Assembly (NCBI RefSeq): GCF_001194135.2
Contig: NC_068998.1
Span: 16,228,491-16,261,027, forward strand
DNA: 32,537 nucleotides
Source: Octopus bimaculoides
Lineage: Eukaryota
Direction: 5' to 3'
The translations under genes and the position numbers were made by a program. The notes beneath the pieces were generated by a model. That model did no database searches and was not told where the DNA came from. It saw nothing but the letters and a program-made list of their open reading frames with translations. Positions 9,754-21,310 of the stretch are shown here, one piece after another; position 1 is the first letter of the stretch, and the number at the start of each line of letters is the position of its first letter.

Positions 9754-11239
9754 TTTTTGTAGTTATATATTTTTGTTAAATATACTAAGAGAAATACTGG
9801 TTTATCAAAACTTCTTTAATGCAAAAGTGAAACACTGCTTGGTAATAACATTTACAAATACTAGCGGGACCTGTGAATATTTCACGGAATTATGGTAAAC
9901 CTATTTGGTTATTTCTGAAAACTTTATCCAAAAAACCTGAAAGCGTGTATTGTGTCTGTGTGGAAAGATAGTTGCTCATCTGCTACTCATTGAAAAGTGA
10001 AAGAAATTGGAATACGATGATTACTTAATGGACTTTATATATACAGTTTATATACTTTGTGCACAATTTTATAGACTTAATACACAGCACTCATAAAATA
10101 AATATTCACTCTTATTTTTCCATTTCCCCCATAAACAAACAAAAAAATATCCTGTACATATGATACAACCTTTAGTTAAATTGCATATATTTTCCACGTA
10201 AATAAGCGTGAATATTTCACGGAATTACACTTATACGCATGCATTAAGTGATAGGTGATATAAAATCTTTCCTTATCTGGTACTTATTTATCGACGCCTG
10301 AAGGATGAAAGGCTAAGTCGACCTCGGCTAAATTTAATAATCAATGTTTCTGGTCTGATTATCTTATAAATTTTAATAATCTTTTTAATCTGTGAGCCAG
10401 GTTTGTTCATTTATTTATTTACTACTACTACTACTNNNNNNNNNNNNNNNNNNNNNNNNNNNNNNNNNNNNNNNNNNNNNNNNNNNNNNNNNNNNNNNNN
10501 NNNNNNNNNNNNNNNNNNNNNNNNNNNNNNNNNNNNNNNNNNNNNNNNNNNNNNNNNNNNNNNNNNNNNNNNNNNNNNNNNNNNNNNNNNNNNNNNNNNN
10601 NNNNNNNNNNNNNNNNNNNNNNNNNNNNNNNNNNNNNNNNNNNNNNNNNNNNNNNNNNNNNNNNNNNNNNNNNNNNNNNNNNNNNNNNNNNNNNNNNNNN
10701 NNNNNNNNNNNNNNNNNNNNNNNNNNNNNNNNNNNNNNNNNNNNNNNNNNNNNNNNNNNNNNNNNNNNNNNNNNNNNNNNNNNNNNNNNNNNNNNNNNNN
10801 NNNNNNNNNNNNNNNNNNNNNNNNNNNNNNNNNNNNNNNNNNNNNNNNNNNNNNNNNNNNNNNNNNNNNNNNNNNNNNNNNNNNNNNNNNNNNNNNNNNN
10901 NNNNNNNNNNNNNNNNNNNNNNNNNNNNNNNNNNNNNNNNNNNNNNNNNNNNNNNNNNNNNNNNNNNNNNNNNNNNNNNNNNNNNNNNNNNNNNNNNNNN
11001 NNNNNNNNNNNNNNNNNNNNNNNNNNNNNNNNNNNNNNNNNNNNNNNNNNNNNNNNNNNNNNNNNNNNNNNNNNNNNNNNNNNNNNNNNNAATTTTTTAA
11101 AATTCTTTTAAATATAAAAATCTAGAAATTTCATGTTTATTCATAACGTAAATTTAATAATCAATGTTTCTGGTCTGATTATCTTATAAATTTTAATAAT
11201 CTTTTTAATCTGTGAGCCAGGTTTGTTCATTTATTTATT

Positions 11240-11304
<65 letters not shown>

Positions 11305-11537
11305 AGACGGCGAGCCAACAGAATCGTTAGCATGCCGGGCGAAATACTGAGCGGTATTTCGTCTACCACTACATTCTGAGTTCAAATTCCGCCGAGGTCG
11401 AATTACCTTTCATCCTTTCGGGGTCGATAAATTAACTACCAGTGAAACGCTGGAGTCGATGTAATCGACTAGTCCCCTCCCCCCATCCCCACAAAAAATA
11501 ATTCAGGCCTTGTGCCTATGGTAGAAAGGATTATTAT
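11305..11537 (+). mobile_element. Full-length SINE (GGCGAGC…GAATCGTTAG family)
   Basis: Head follows (ACT)n; GAGTTCAAATTCC B-box-like motif; ends GGCCTTGTGCCTATGGTAGAAAGGATTATTATT. Confidence 0.85.
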
Positions 11538-11984
11538 TCTTATTATTGTTTCTAATTTGTATGATTCCCAGAATATTCTGAGACATCTATGTTGGCCATC
11601 TGGGAAATAACAATTTGGCAAGAAGTCTGCTTTCGTTTCTTCATCACTTCATCACGTCTCCAAACTACTATCTTTCATTAAATATTGCTAGAATTGGTAA
11701 GGGCGTCGTATAATAAAGAAGTACATAACACAAATATGAATATCAATAAGTAAATAAACAAATAAATAAATAAATAAATACACCTTTTCTTGTGTGTTTT
11801 GTTAGGTCCCTTTACGTTCCCTTATGTACAAATCCGTTCTGAGATCGATTTCGTCTTTCAATTTTGCTGTGGGGGACGGAGCGGTTAAAATAACTAGAAG
11901 TTGGAAACTGGCGCCATTGAGTCAATTTTAACTTTTTACTTTGCTTGAAAAAAATAATTATAATAATTGAGGTCTTTGCTAAAG

Positions 11985-12007
11985 TAACTGTAACTACAAC
12001 AACAACA

Positions 12008-12069
<62 letters not shown>

Positions 12070-12350
12070 CACCACTACGATTACTACTGCTACGGCAACT
12101 ATTACCGCCTGCACAAATATTATTAACACTGCTAATACTGTCCTAACACTACTACTACTACTACTACTGCCATCACCTCTGCTAGTGCTATCATGGTTAC
12201 ACTACAGCTATTACCGGCACCGTTACCACCACCACAGTCACCATCATTACTACCGTCACAAACACACTCGCCAATAATATTTCTACTGGCACCACCAACA
12301 CCATCATCATCACCACCACCGCTACCACCTCCACAACTACTACTTAGTAA
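11985..12350. repeat. Compound ACT/ACC/ATC trinucleotide repeat region
   Basis: Seen directly. Confidence 0.85.
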
Positions 12351-12821
12351 GGATTTGAACTCAGGCCACAGAGATGCATACAAATAGAGCAAGGTATTTT
12401 TCTTACGCTCTAATGATTTTGCCGATTCATTGCTCGTTGGTGCGGATTAGAGAATCTTAAGCCAGTGACCTCAAGCCAGCGACCTGGTTGAAATACTTGC
12501 TACAGTGTCTAGTGCTCTACTACTAAAGACGAATCGCTGCTGTCTCTAGCGGTTGAGTGTCCATCATTGACAAGATCAAATAATGTTGAAATCACGTGAT
12601 CTGGTGTTCTCAGCGCTGGAGTTAGTGGGGATTTATCTCCCGCTTGCGATATAAGCAAGAGTGCGTTTTCCACCAAAAAGCCAATATGAGAGTTTCCCTC
12701 GTGGTAACTACCGCAGTATTGTTTGTTCTATTAGAACATCCGCGTTTAAGTGGGGATAAATATTGCCTCTACTAAAGGTAATTCTAGCGTTCAACCTGAT
12801 GAACTACGAACAAAATCGGTC

Positions 12822-12985
12822 CCTCAGATTGGCTTCTATACAGTTTCTGTCTCACCAAGTTCCATTCACAGAACTTTGGGAGATCCAGGACTATGATAGA
12901 TGACTCTCGATTCATCTCACTGCAGGACGTAGAACGCAAAGTCATGACGTTGCAAAACTAACATATTAACAACACAGCCATGCGC
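12822..12985 (-). mobile_element. Highly decayed SINE 5' half (family of 8383-8945)
   Basis: GGCTTCTATACAGTTTCTGTCTCACCAAGTTCCATTCACAGAACTTTGG…GACTATGATAGATGAC resembles 7750-7830. Confidence 0.5.
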
Positions 12986-13064
12986 TTCGGATATTATTTG
13001 ACTTATCTCATCTCCTGTATTTAAAGATAATAATTTTCAGGAATTTTTACTTGCGTTTCACTGA

Positions 13065-13590
13065 TAATGCAGTCGTAGACATGACTGTGTAGGCAAAAGA
13101 GTGTATTGGGATGTTAGCTGAATACGTAGCTTCAAAACAACAGAAAAGTAGTATGAACACGAACCAGAGGATGTGATTAAAAAAATTAGAATTACAAGTT
13201 CTTGAAGAACTTTACCATAAAGACTGACCATACTAATGAGACAAGAAGACTAGACACGATTGTAGAGTATAAAAGAAACAGTATAAAATCTTGGATTCTG
13301 CAATTTCCTATGATAGCAGAATCGATACCAAAGAAATTGAAAAGAAGTGAGAAATACTAGGATCGAGCCAGTGATCTGAGGGGACTGTGGAAGACCAACA
13401 CAACAATGATTCCTGTAGTAATAGATACACTTGGCATGACATCCAAAATGCAACCTAAGAGATAGAAAGAAATTGGAATTGAAACTCGCATTGTCGAACT
13501 GCACAAAAGTACCATCCCATATTCTGCAAAAAATCCTAAGAAAGTTTCTTGAGATTTGAGAAGACTTGTTGTCACCAAACTTCAAGATAA
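13065..13590 (+). mobile_element. R4/Dong-type non-LTR retrotransposon 3' end (CCHC remnant plus restriction-like endonuclease), decayed
   Basis: With frameshifts: RRHDCVGKRVYW…YEHEPEDVI / NYKFLKNFTIKTDHTNETRRLDTIV / ILDSAISYDSRIDTKEIEK / KY*D…LRGLWKTNTTMIPVVIDTLG…KEIGIETRIVELHK. This matches the RHD..PD..D..EK RLE pattern and is followed by (AAT)n. Confidence 0.8.
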
Positions 13591-13639
13591 AAATGCTTGC
13601 AAACTAAATTAACATGCACTAGTATAACAACAACAGCAA

Positions 13640-13641
13640 TG

Positions 13642-13713
<72 letters not shown>
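13640..13713. repeat. (AAT)n microsatellite
   Basis: Seen directly; a second tract lies at about 13907-13970. Confidence 0.95.
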
Positions 13714-13903
13714 GTTTCAAATTTTGGCACAAGGCCAACAAGTTCGGGTAAGTGGTGTAAGTCGATTACGTTGACCCCAGTACTCGACTGTTACTTCTTT
13801 CACCGACCCGGAAAAGGGTCCACCACAGTGGAATTCGTCCTCAGAACATAAAGACGAGTAAAATGCATTTTGTCCAGCTAACGATTCTGATAGCTCGCCG
13901 CCT
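13714..13903 (-). mobile_element. SINE (GGCGGCGAGC family) flanked by (AAT)n on both sides
   Basis: Minus head GGCGGCGAGCTATCAGAATCGTTAG; tail GGCCTTGTGCCAAAATTTGAAAC. Confidence 0.75.
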
Positions 13904-13907
13904 GAAC

Positions 13908-13970
<63 letters not shown>

Positions 13971-14086
13971 TTCTTTATTGCCTACTGAGGGCTAAACATA
14001 GAGGGTACAAACAAGGACAGACAAAGGGATTAAGTCGATTACATCGACCTCAGTGCGTAACTGGTACTTATTTAATCGACCCTGAA
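13971..14086 (-). mobile_element. 3' half of a related SINE subfamily
   Basis: GGGTCGATTAAATAAGTACCAGTTACGCACTGAGGTCGATGTAATCGACTTAATCCC on minus, like 11420-11475. Confidence 0.7.
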
Positions 14087-15080
14087 TATAGACCCAGTAA
14101 GTGCCATAGTAGATATAATTGCCTGTTTCGTCCCCCACAAGTTTCTGGTCTTTTGGACGATGTTAGAAACACATCACAGCAGAGGGCATGACACGTTTTG
14201 GGCACAGCCGTTTGGCGCCGCATATTTAACGTCGCTGATTTGACGCTGACTCATTTGAAATCAGACGTTTTAATAGTTGTCTCACCACCACCAACCTCTT
14301 ACTTTCTTTCTTCCTTTCTTCCTTTCTTCCTTCCTTTGTTTTTTTCACTCCCTATTTGTACGTGTATATTTCTACGCGCTCGCGTGTGCGTCCAGTTGTC
14401 TCATTCCGCATTACAGAACATGAATGAGAGACTGGCGGAATAGAGTGCCAGAAGAAATATTTAGCAATAATTAAATGATGTATAATTATGTTCTCAGATC
14501 AAATATTGATGGTAAGGGTTGAGGATAAACTTAAATTCTTTATCCTTCCGGTGATGGTAAAATAAATACCATTCAAGTATTGAGATTGAATTAATTGTTG
14601 GCTATCGCCATCAAATCACATAAGTGAATAACAAACACTTTGTGAGAAAAAAAATGGGTCTCACACCTACCACCTACATACACACACACATACATATATA
14701 CACACACACATACATACATACACACACATACACACACGCACGCACATAACCCAAGCAAAAATTTTAAAAAATTAAAATAAAAACCAAATATGAAAATAAA
14801 AAGCATCACAATGCTGATAAATATTATTTATGTTTTGTTTTACTCAAATTAAAAAATATAATTTTTTCAGAGATATTCTGGAATGTACTTTCTTTTTAAT
14901 TGCAAAAAAATGTTCCAGTATTCTTCGTTTGTGTGTAACTCGTGTGTAACTCGATGCAACTATACGGATGTATGTGTGTAGGTGTGTACGTTTGTGTATG
15001 AGTGTGAGTGTTGATGTTAGTTAATAGAAGAAAAGACAGCTTAATACATAGTGTAGATTATATCTATATATATATATATA

Positions 15081-15464
15081 CTAGCAGCTAAGTCCGGTTT
15101 CACCCGGTCAGAGAGCGACGCGAAGAGAGACACGAAGACATTAAAAAGAGGAAGAAGTGGATACGAAGTGGTGTTTGGGTGACGGATCTTGGTAGAAAAA
15201 AAAGAATGTCATGGTGAGTTAGTAAGGAGAGCAAAGCAAGACTGGACTTACGTGGGCTGACAGGACGATGAAAAAATTGCGGAGTTGAAATTGGAGCAGT
15301 TGAAATTGCCGTTGTTATCATTAGAGTGCCTCTTGGTAGACAACATTCTTTGTCCTTTCCTCAGGTGCACAAATAGAAAGACCCTGGAGACAGCCAACAT
15401 ACAGTTGTGCGTGTGAGAATACTTGATCTGTCAGATTCAAACCAACCGCTTGCACTGATTGTCC
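15081..15464 (-). mobile_element. Helitron 3' end with C-terminus of the PIF1-family RepHel helicase
   Basis: GQSVQAVGLNLTDQVFSHAQLYVGC…APEERTKNVVYQEAL* (stop 15321-15323). Terminal hairpin CCGG-GTGAAA-CCGG lies 9 nt before the terminal CTAG, which is followed by a host T. Confidence 0.85.
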
Positions 15465-15668
15465 NNNNNNNNNNNNNNNNNNNNNNNNNNNNNNNNNNNN
15501 NNNNNNNNNNNNNNNNNNNNNNNNNNNNNNNNNNNNNNNNNNNNNNNNNNNNNNNNNNNNNNNNNNNNNNNNNNNNNNNNNNNNNNNNNNNNNNNNNNNN
15601 NNNNNNNNNNNNNNNNNNNNNNNNNNNNNNNNNNNNNNNNNNNNNNNNNNNNNNNNNNNNNNNNNNNN

Positions 15669-16200
15669 TATAAAATACAAAAAAGGGACAACAAAACACC
15701 AGACAGACGATACAAAGGACGAGTCATTCGGAGTTTTCTATCCTCAGTTGAGTTCCAGGTTATCTTTGCAATTTCAACTGGTTATAGTCGAGATTGCTCC
15801 AATCTGGCCAACCCCACGGAAAAACTAAGCTAAAAGCATTAGATTCCTTGGAAGAAAGCAGCGAATGTATACGAAAACAAAAACGGAAAAAAAACGGAGA
15901 AATGTTACACAAATACAAAGGCAATTAACAGGACATAACAACAGGTGTCTTTCGACTAAAGACGTATTGAATTAAGCTGGCATGTGTGGAAGTAAAGCCT
16001 TACGGCAGGGACATAAAATTTGACGGGCACGGGGAGGAATATAGATGTTGCACGGATGGTAGTCTTACCAAGAAAGAAAGGTCAGGCTTGGCCGAACACC
16101 GGTCACGTGGGGAGAGAGAAGAGAGAGAGAGAGGTAGAGGCAGAGGGATAGAAGATTTTAGAAGGGGCGAGAAAAATAATGAAAGGGACACAGTGCAGTG
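15669..16200. mobile_element. Presumed PLE pseudo-LTR-derived interspersed repeat with two decayed hammerhead-like motifs
   Basis: Layout like 7026-7620 (starts after TA/gap, ends GA-rich). Hammerhead relics at 15717-15747 (-) and 16080-16104 (+). Assignment inferred. Confidence 0.4.
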
Positions 16201-16598
16201 AAGGAGGAGGGAAAGTGAGCATGAAGAGAAGGCCAGTAAATGTGACAGAGGGGGAACAAAAGAACGTAGAGTGGAATGAACGAAATAAGTGTGAAAGGGC
16301 TGATATATATTTATATATAAATATACAGGTTCTGATGGATAACTTATCGTCATCTTATGAACCTGCGAGTAACAATGCAGTGAAACGCCGACTGTTAACC
16401 TATACACGCGCGGACGTGTGATTGAGCTTGTGTGGATGTATGCAACTGTACAAACTCTAGTCTATAGAAAAGAGTCTGCAATTGGTTTCATACAATTTGC
16501 TTGCTTTGGTCATCTTCCTTTGATCGCGAGAATAAGTACCGTTGTACATGTGTTTGTGCGTGTTTGTGTTCGTGTTTGTGCGTGTTTGTGTTCGTGTT

Positions 16599-16644
<46 letters not shown>

Positions 16645-17149
16645 CGTGCGTGCGTGACAGATTCTTTTCTAGTAAACTTGTTAGTCCGCCGTTATGAAAG
16701 AATCTTTTGCTGAATAGAATATTTTGCAAACGAGGTTTTATTCGTTTTCTAAACGATTATAAATACCCACATACATACACACACACATATGTATATATAT
16801 GCATGTATATATATTTATGTGTGTGTGTGTGTGTATGACAAACATAATTCAACCTAAATTGTGATTATACGTAAACACTGCTTAGCGCCATTACTCCGAT
16901 ATTTTTCTCGATCGGGCGATCTACTATCGAAAATCAGTTAATGTGTTGGCTGAATTATATATAAAGCTATTAGCTTTATTCAGTTCGTTCAGAGTTGCCC
17001 CTCTTAGGTACATCTCATCGACAAGAGTCAATAAACACGAAACATCGATGTCTGATATTCCCGAGAGAGGGCGACACTTTTTTACCATATGAGAAATTTT
17101 TTCTCTACGGTAACTACAGTGTATTTGCCAGGGTAACTCCACGGTAACT

Positions 17150-17365
17150 GCAGAGATATGTGATGCCTTCGTTTTGGGATCACCACTGCTTTATTATCTC
17201 CCCTTCTTCCTAGCTCTCCTATGTGACCCTCTGTCCGGCATTCGCCATGATAGATCGCTAGCCACTAAACCTTTTTCTATTTTCTCTCCCTGTTTATTTC
17301 CATGTTCTGCCGAAGAGCGTAGACTCGAAACGTAAAAGACTTCTCACTTTCCGGGCGTTAAACTA
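17150..17365 (+). mobile_element. Presumed PLE pseudo-LTR fragment with decayed minimal hammerhead
   Basis: CTGCCGA-A-GAGC-GTAG-ACTC-GAAA-CG-TA at 17307-17334, followed by a (TACA)n tract. Confidence 0.55.
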
Positions 17366-17398
17366 ATACATACATACATACATACATACATACATACA

Positions 17399-17429
<31 letters not shown>

Positions 17430-18090
17430 GTGGGTATGTGCATGTAGATGTATGCGTGTGTATCATTCTAAGGAACTTTTTCAAGTCCCTATCGGCTACT
17501 TAAGTGGCACAACGACATATTAGACATGTATGCAGTCTTCTGCTTTTTGAGTGAGATGGATAATAAAGAATTTAGTTTCTGTGACGCAACGATCACATTT
17601 CTTTGAATTGTTTCTCAATAAACCTATTTGATCTAAGATTGATGAGTTTCTCGTTTGTCCTTGTTTTCCTTTTTCCGTTCCCCCTTCCTCATTCTATCTG
17701 TCTACTTTCTTTATGTCTGCGATGTATATATATATATATTTATATACGTATATATTTCTTGTTATCACGGTATCATTAATTAAATTTTTATGGAAGAAAA
17801 AACCTCAGATCTTTAGTCCCCATTTATTACTCCTACATAACCTTTATAACCTTTGCAGGGAAATCAATGTTTTACTCTTGAAAAATCAGAAAAGAAATTA
17901 TTGGTTACTCTCATTGTGTATTTTCTTCATGTTCAAATGGGTTTATTGAGAAAAAAATAAACAGCCGCCAAAACATACACCACAGAATATGACTCTTATA
18001 ATGTTAAACAAAACTTTTTTTACTATGTGTGTATGTTTGTGTGTATGTGTTTATGTGTGTCTGTGCATGCGTGCATGTATGTATACACGC

Positions 18091-18122
<32 letters not shown>

Positions 18123-18308
18123 ACACACACACACATATATGAATACATATATATTTATATGCACATACACAGATATAATTGTATGTATGAATACATACAC
18201 ACACAAACACACACTTATGTGTGTGTGTGTGTGTATGTATGTATATGTATGTATATAGAGAGAGTACAATTTAGCAATATATTGTGTGTTGTTGTTAGTG
18301 GTGGTGGT

Positions 18309-18343
<35 letters not shown>

Positions 18344-18384
18344 ACGCATGTGTGTGTGTGTGTGTATGTGTGTGTGCGTGTGTG

Positions 18385-18560
18385 TTTCTGTTTGTATTTG
18401 TCCCCCATCCCTCATAAAATTTGCCGTTCGGCACAAGAGTCCGATTAAATAAATACCAGACTTTAAAAAATGGTAGGATCAATTTGTTTGATAAAAGCTT
18501 TCAAGGAAGTGTCCCAGCATTGTTGCAGTTCAATGACTGAACCGAGTAAAATGCGGAAGA
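18385..18560 (+). mobile_element. SINE 3' half following a TA/TG microsatellite (family of 8383-8945)
   Basis: CCGTTCGGCACAAGAGTCCGATTAAATAAATACCAG…TTGCAGTTCAATGACTGAACCGAGTAAAA parallels 8790-8935. Confidence 0.6.
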
Positions 18561-18711
18561 TAAACAACTTACTTCATTACGCAATGAAAATAAAGGTATA
18601 TAAAGGAATTTTGCTTTATTACATATAGTACACCACAATATCGTATAGCTAAACAATTATCTTTCACTACATGCAGTATGCAACTGTACTGAACGCTTAA
18701 CAGAGGGTGTG

Positions 18712-18900
18712 GCTGGGCATAATCGGTAGAGCGTCGGAAAAAATGTCTTGCGGTTTTCGTTCCGGCTTTTTACGTTCGAAGTTCAAATTACGCTGAGATC
18801 AACTGTTTTTCATTCATCGGGGTCGATAAAAACAAAAATAGTACCAGTCAAGGCTTCCTCATAAAACTGTTGACCTTGTACGGAAATTAAGAACAATTAT
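18712..18900 (+). mobile_element. Decayed SINE (GGCGGTGAGC family)
   Basis: TACGTTCGAAGTTCAAATTACGCTGAGATCAAC…TCGGGGTCGATAAAA…GTACCAGT…GACCTTGTACGGAAATT. Confidence 0.6.
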
Positions 18901-19004
18901 AATATTCAACGCACATATATCGTCTTCTCTTCCGGTCCTTATTCAACCAGCTCTATTTCATTAAACTTCAGCATACAGTCGACCGTTCACTCACTATTTT
19001 AAAC

Positions 19005-19180
19005 TACTGTATTTGATGGCATATAAGACGCCTTTTTTTTCTAAAATAAAAGGTTTCAAAATATCATACCGTATCCCATAAGCGTCACTGGGCCTCCCAT
19101 AAGCTTTAATGCTCCAAAAACTGTTTTTCCTGAATATGCGCTGCTGAAATTAGAGTGCATCTAATATTACCCGTGCGACT
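19005..19180 (+). mobile_element. pogo/Tigger-like Tc1-mariner terminal inverted repeat fragment
   Basis: TA-CTGTATTT…TATAAGACGC-T-rich…AAATTAGAGTGCATCTAATA resembles the TACCGTATTT…TATAAGACGC termini recalled for pogo-type MITEs. No partner TIR found. Confidence 0.45.
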
Positions 19181-19481
19181 TTTAAACTATCAATTGCTGT
19201 ACCAGAATTCAAGTCTTTCTTTTGTCTAGCGTCAGATAACCTCTTACCCTTACGTTGAGAGATCGCGCCGACTAAGAAGCCGGAGCTATCGTAATTGTTA
19301 TAGGCTCTCTTTTACAATAATCTCCTTCATGATGAAAGCAATTATAATGTGAGGCGCCATTCTACAGTTCAGTTTGATCAATAATAATGATAATTATAAC
19401 ATTATATAATAATAATAACATTAATAATGATAATCACAATAATGACAATAATGATTTTTTTTAGCTCAAAAATATAAAATT

Positions 19482-19488
19482 AAAGCAA

Positions 19489-19550
<62 letters not shown>

Positions 19551-19659
19551 GATGATGACGACGACGACGACGACGACGACGGCGACAATCACCATAACCA
19601 TCATTATTATCGTCATGAGAAGGGGAAAGGGGGAAGAGGGACGATGATGATGACTTCTC

Positions 19660-19710
<51 letters not shown>

Positions 19711-19753
19711 TAATAGTGATGATGATGATGATGATGACGACTACGACGACGAC

Positions 19754-19787
<34 letters not shown>

Positions 19788-19790
19788 GTA

Positions 19791-19830
<40 letters not shown>

Positions 19831-19846
19831 CGACGACGACGACAAC

Positions 19847-19899
<53 letters not shown>

Positions 19900-20497
19900 C
19901 CATGATGGNNNNNNNNNNNNNNNNNNNNNNNNNNNNNNNNNNNNNNNNNNNNNNNNNNNNNNNNNNNNNNNNNNNNNNNNNNNNNNNNNNNNNNNNNNNN
20001 NNNNNNNNNNNNNNNNNNNNNNNNNNNNNNNNNNNNNNNNNNNNNNNNNNNNNNNNNNNNNNNNNNNNNNNNNNNNNNNNNNNNNNNNNNNNNNNNNNNN
20101 NNNNNNNNNNNNNNNNNNNNNNNNNNNNNNNNNNNNNNNNNNNNNNNNNNNNNNNNNNNNNNNNNNNNNNNNNNNNNNNNNNNNNNNNNNNNNNNNNNNN
20201 NNNNNNNNNNNNNNNNNNNNNNNNNNNNNNNNNNNNNNNNNNNNNNNNNNNNNNNNNNNNNNNNNNNNNNNNNNNNNNNNNNNNNNNNNNNNNNNNNNNN
20301 NNNNNNNNNNNNNNNNNNNNNNNNNNNNNNNNNNNNNNNNNNNNNNNNNNNNNNNNNNNNNNNNNNNNNNNNNNNNNNNNNNNNNNNNNNNNNNNNNNNN
20401 NNNNNNNNNNNNNNNNNNNNNNNNNNNNNNNNNNNNNNNNNNNNNNNNNNNNNNNNNNNNNNNNNNNNNNNNNNNNNNNNNNNNNNNNNNAAAGCAA

Positions 20498-20559
<62 letters not shown>

Positions 20560-20668
20560 GATGATGACGACGACGACGACGACGACGACGGCGACAATCA
20601 CCATAACCATCATTATTATCGTCATGAGAAGGGGAAAGGGGGAAGAGGGACGATGATGATGACTTCTC

Positions 20669-20719
<51 letters not shown>

Positions 20720-20762
20720 TAATAGTGATGATGATGATGATGATGACGACTACGACGACGAC

Positions 20763-20796
<34 letters not shown>

Positions 20797-20799
20797 GTA

Positions 20800-20839
<40 letters not shown>

Positions 20840-20855
20840 CGACGACGACGACAAC

Positions 20856-20908
<53 letters not shown>

Positions 20909-21271
20909 CCATGATGGTTTCTTAATGTATAATGGTTACAAACAAAATGCTAATATTAATGACGACAGACAACGACGACAGACAACGACGACAGACAACG
21001 AAGTCAGTGATGATGATGATGATGTTGAGGAGGAGGGTGTGGAGAAGGAAGGAGTGAGGAAGAGAAGGAGGGTGAGGAAGAAAAGGAGGGTGAGGAGGAG
21101 AAGGAGGGCGAGGAAGAGTAGGAGGGCGAGGAAGAGTAGGAGGGTGAGGAAGATGGTGATGATTACTTGCGAATAATGATTTCTGGCGAAACAATGATAA
21201 TAATAATAAAAATAACAACAATATCATGTTTTAATTATTGCTGCTGCTGCTGCTGTTGTCATTGTTATTGC

Positions 21272-21308
<37 letters not shown>

Positions 21309-21310
21309 AC
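19482..21310. repeat. Compound trinucleotide microsatellite field (GAT, GAC, AAT, GAG, GTT) split by a gap
   Basis: Seen directly; 19482-19908 appears identical to 20491-20917. Confidence 0.95.

Noticed and set aside
12796-12821. CTGATGA-ACTACGAAC-AAAATCGGTC, possible minimal hammerhead relic
   Set aside because: GAAA is lost, and there is no helix II or helix I pairing. It may be an old relic but cannot be supported.
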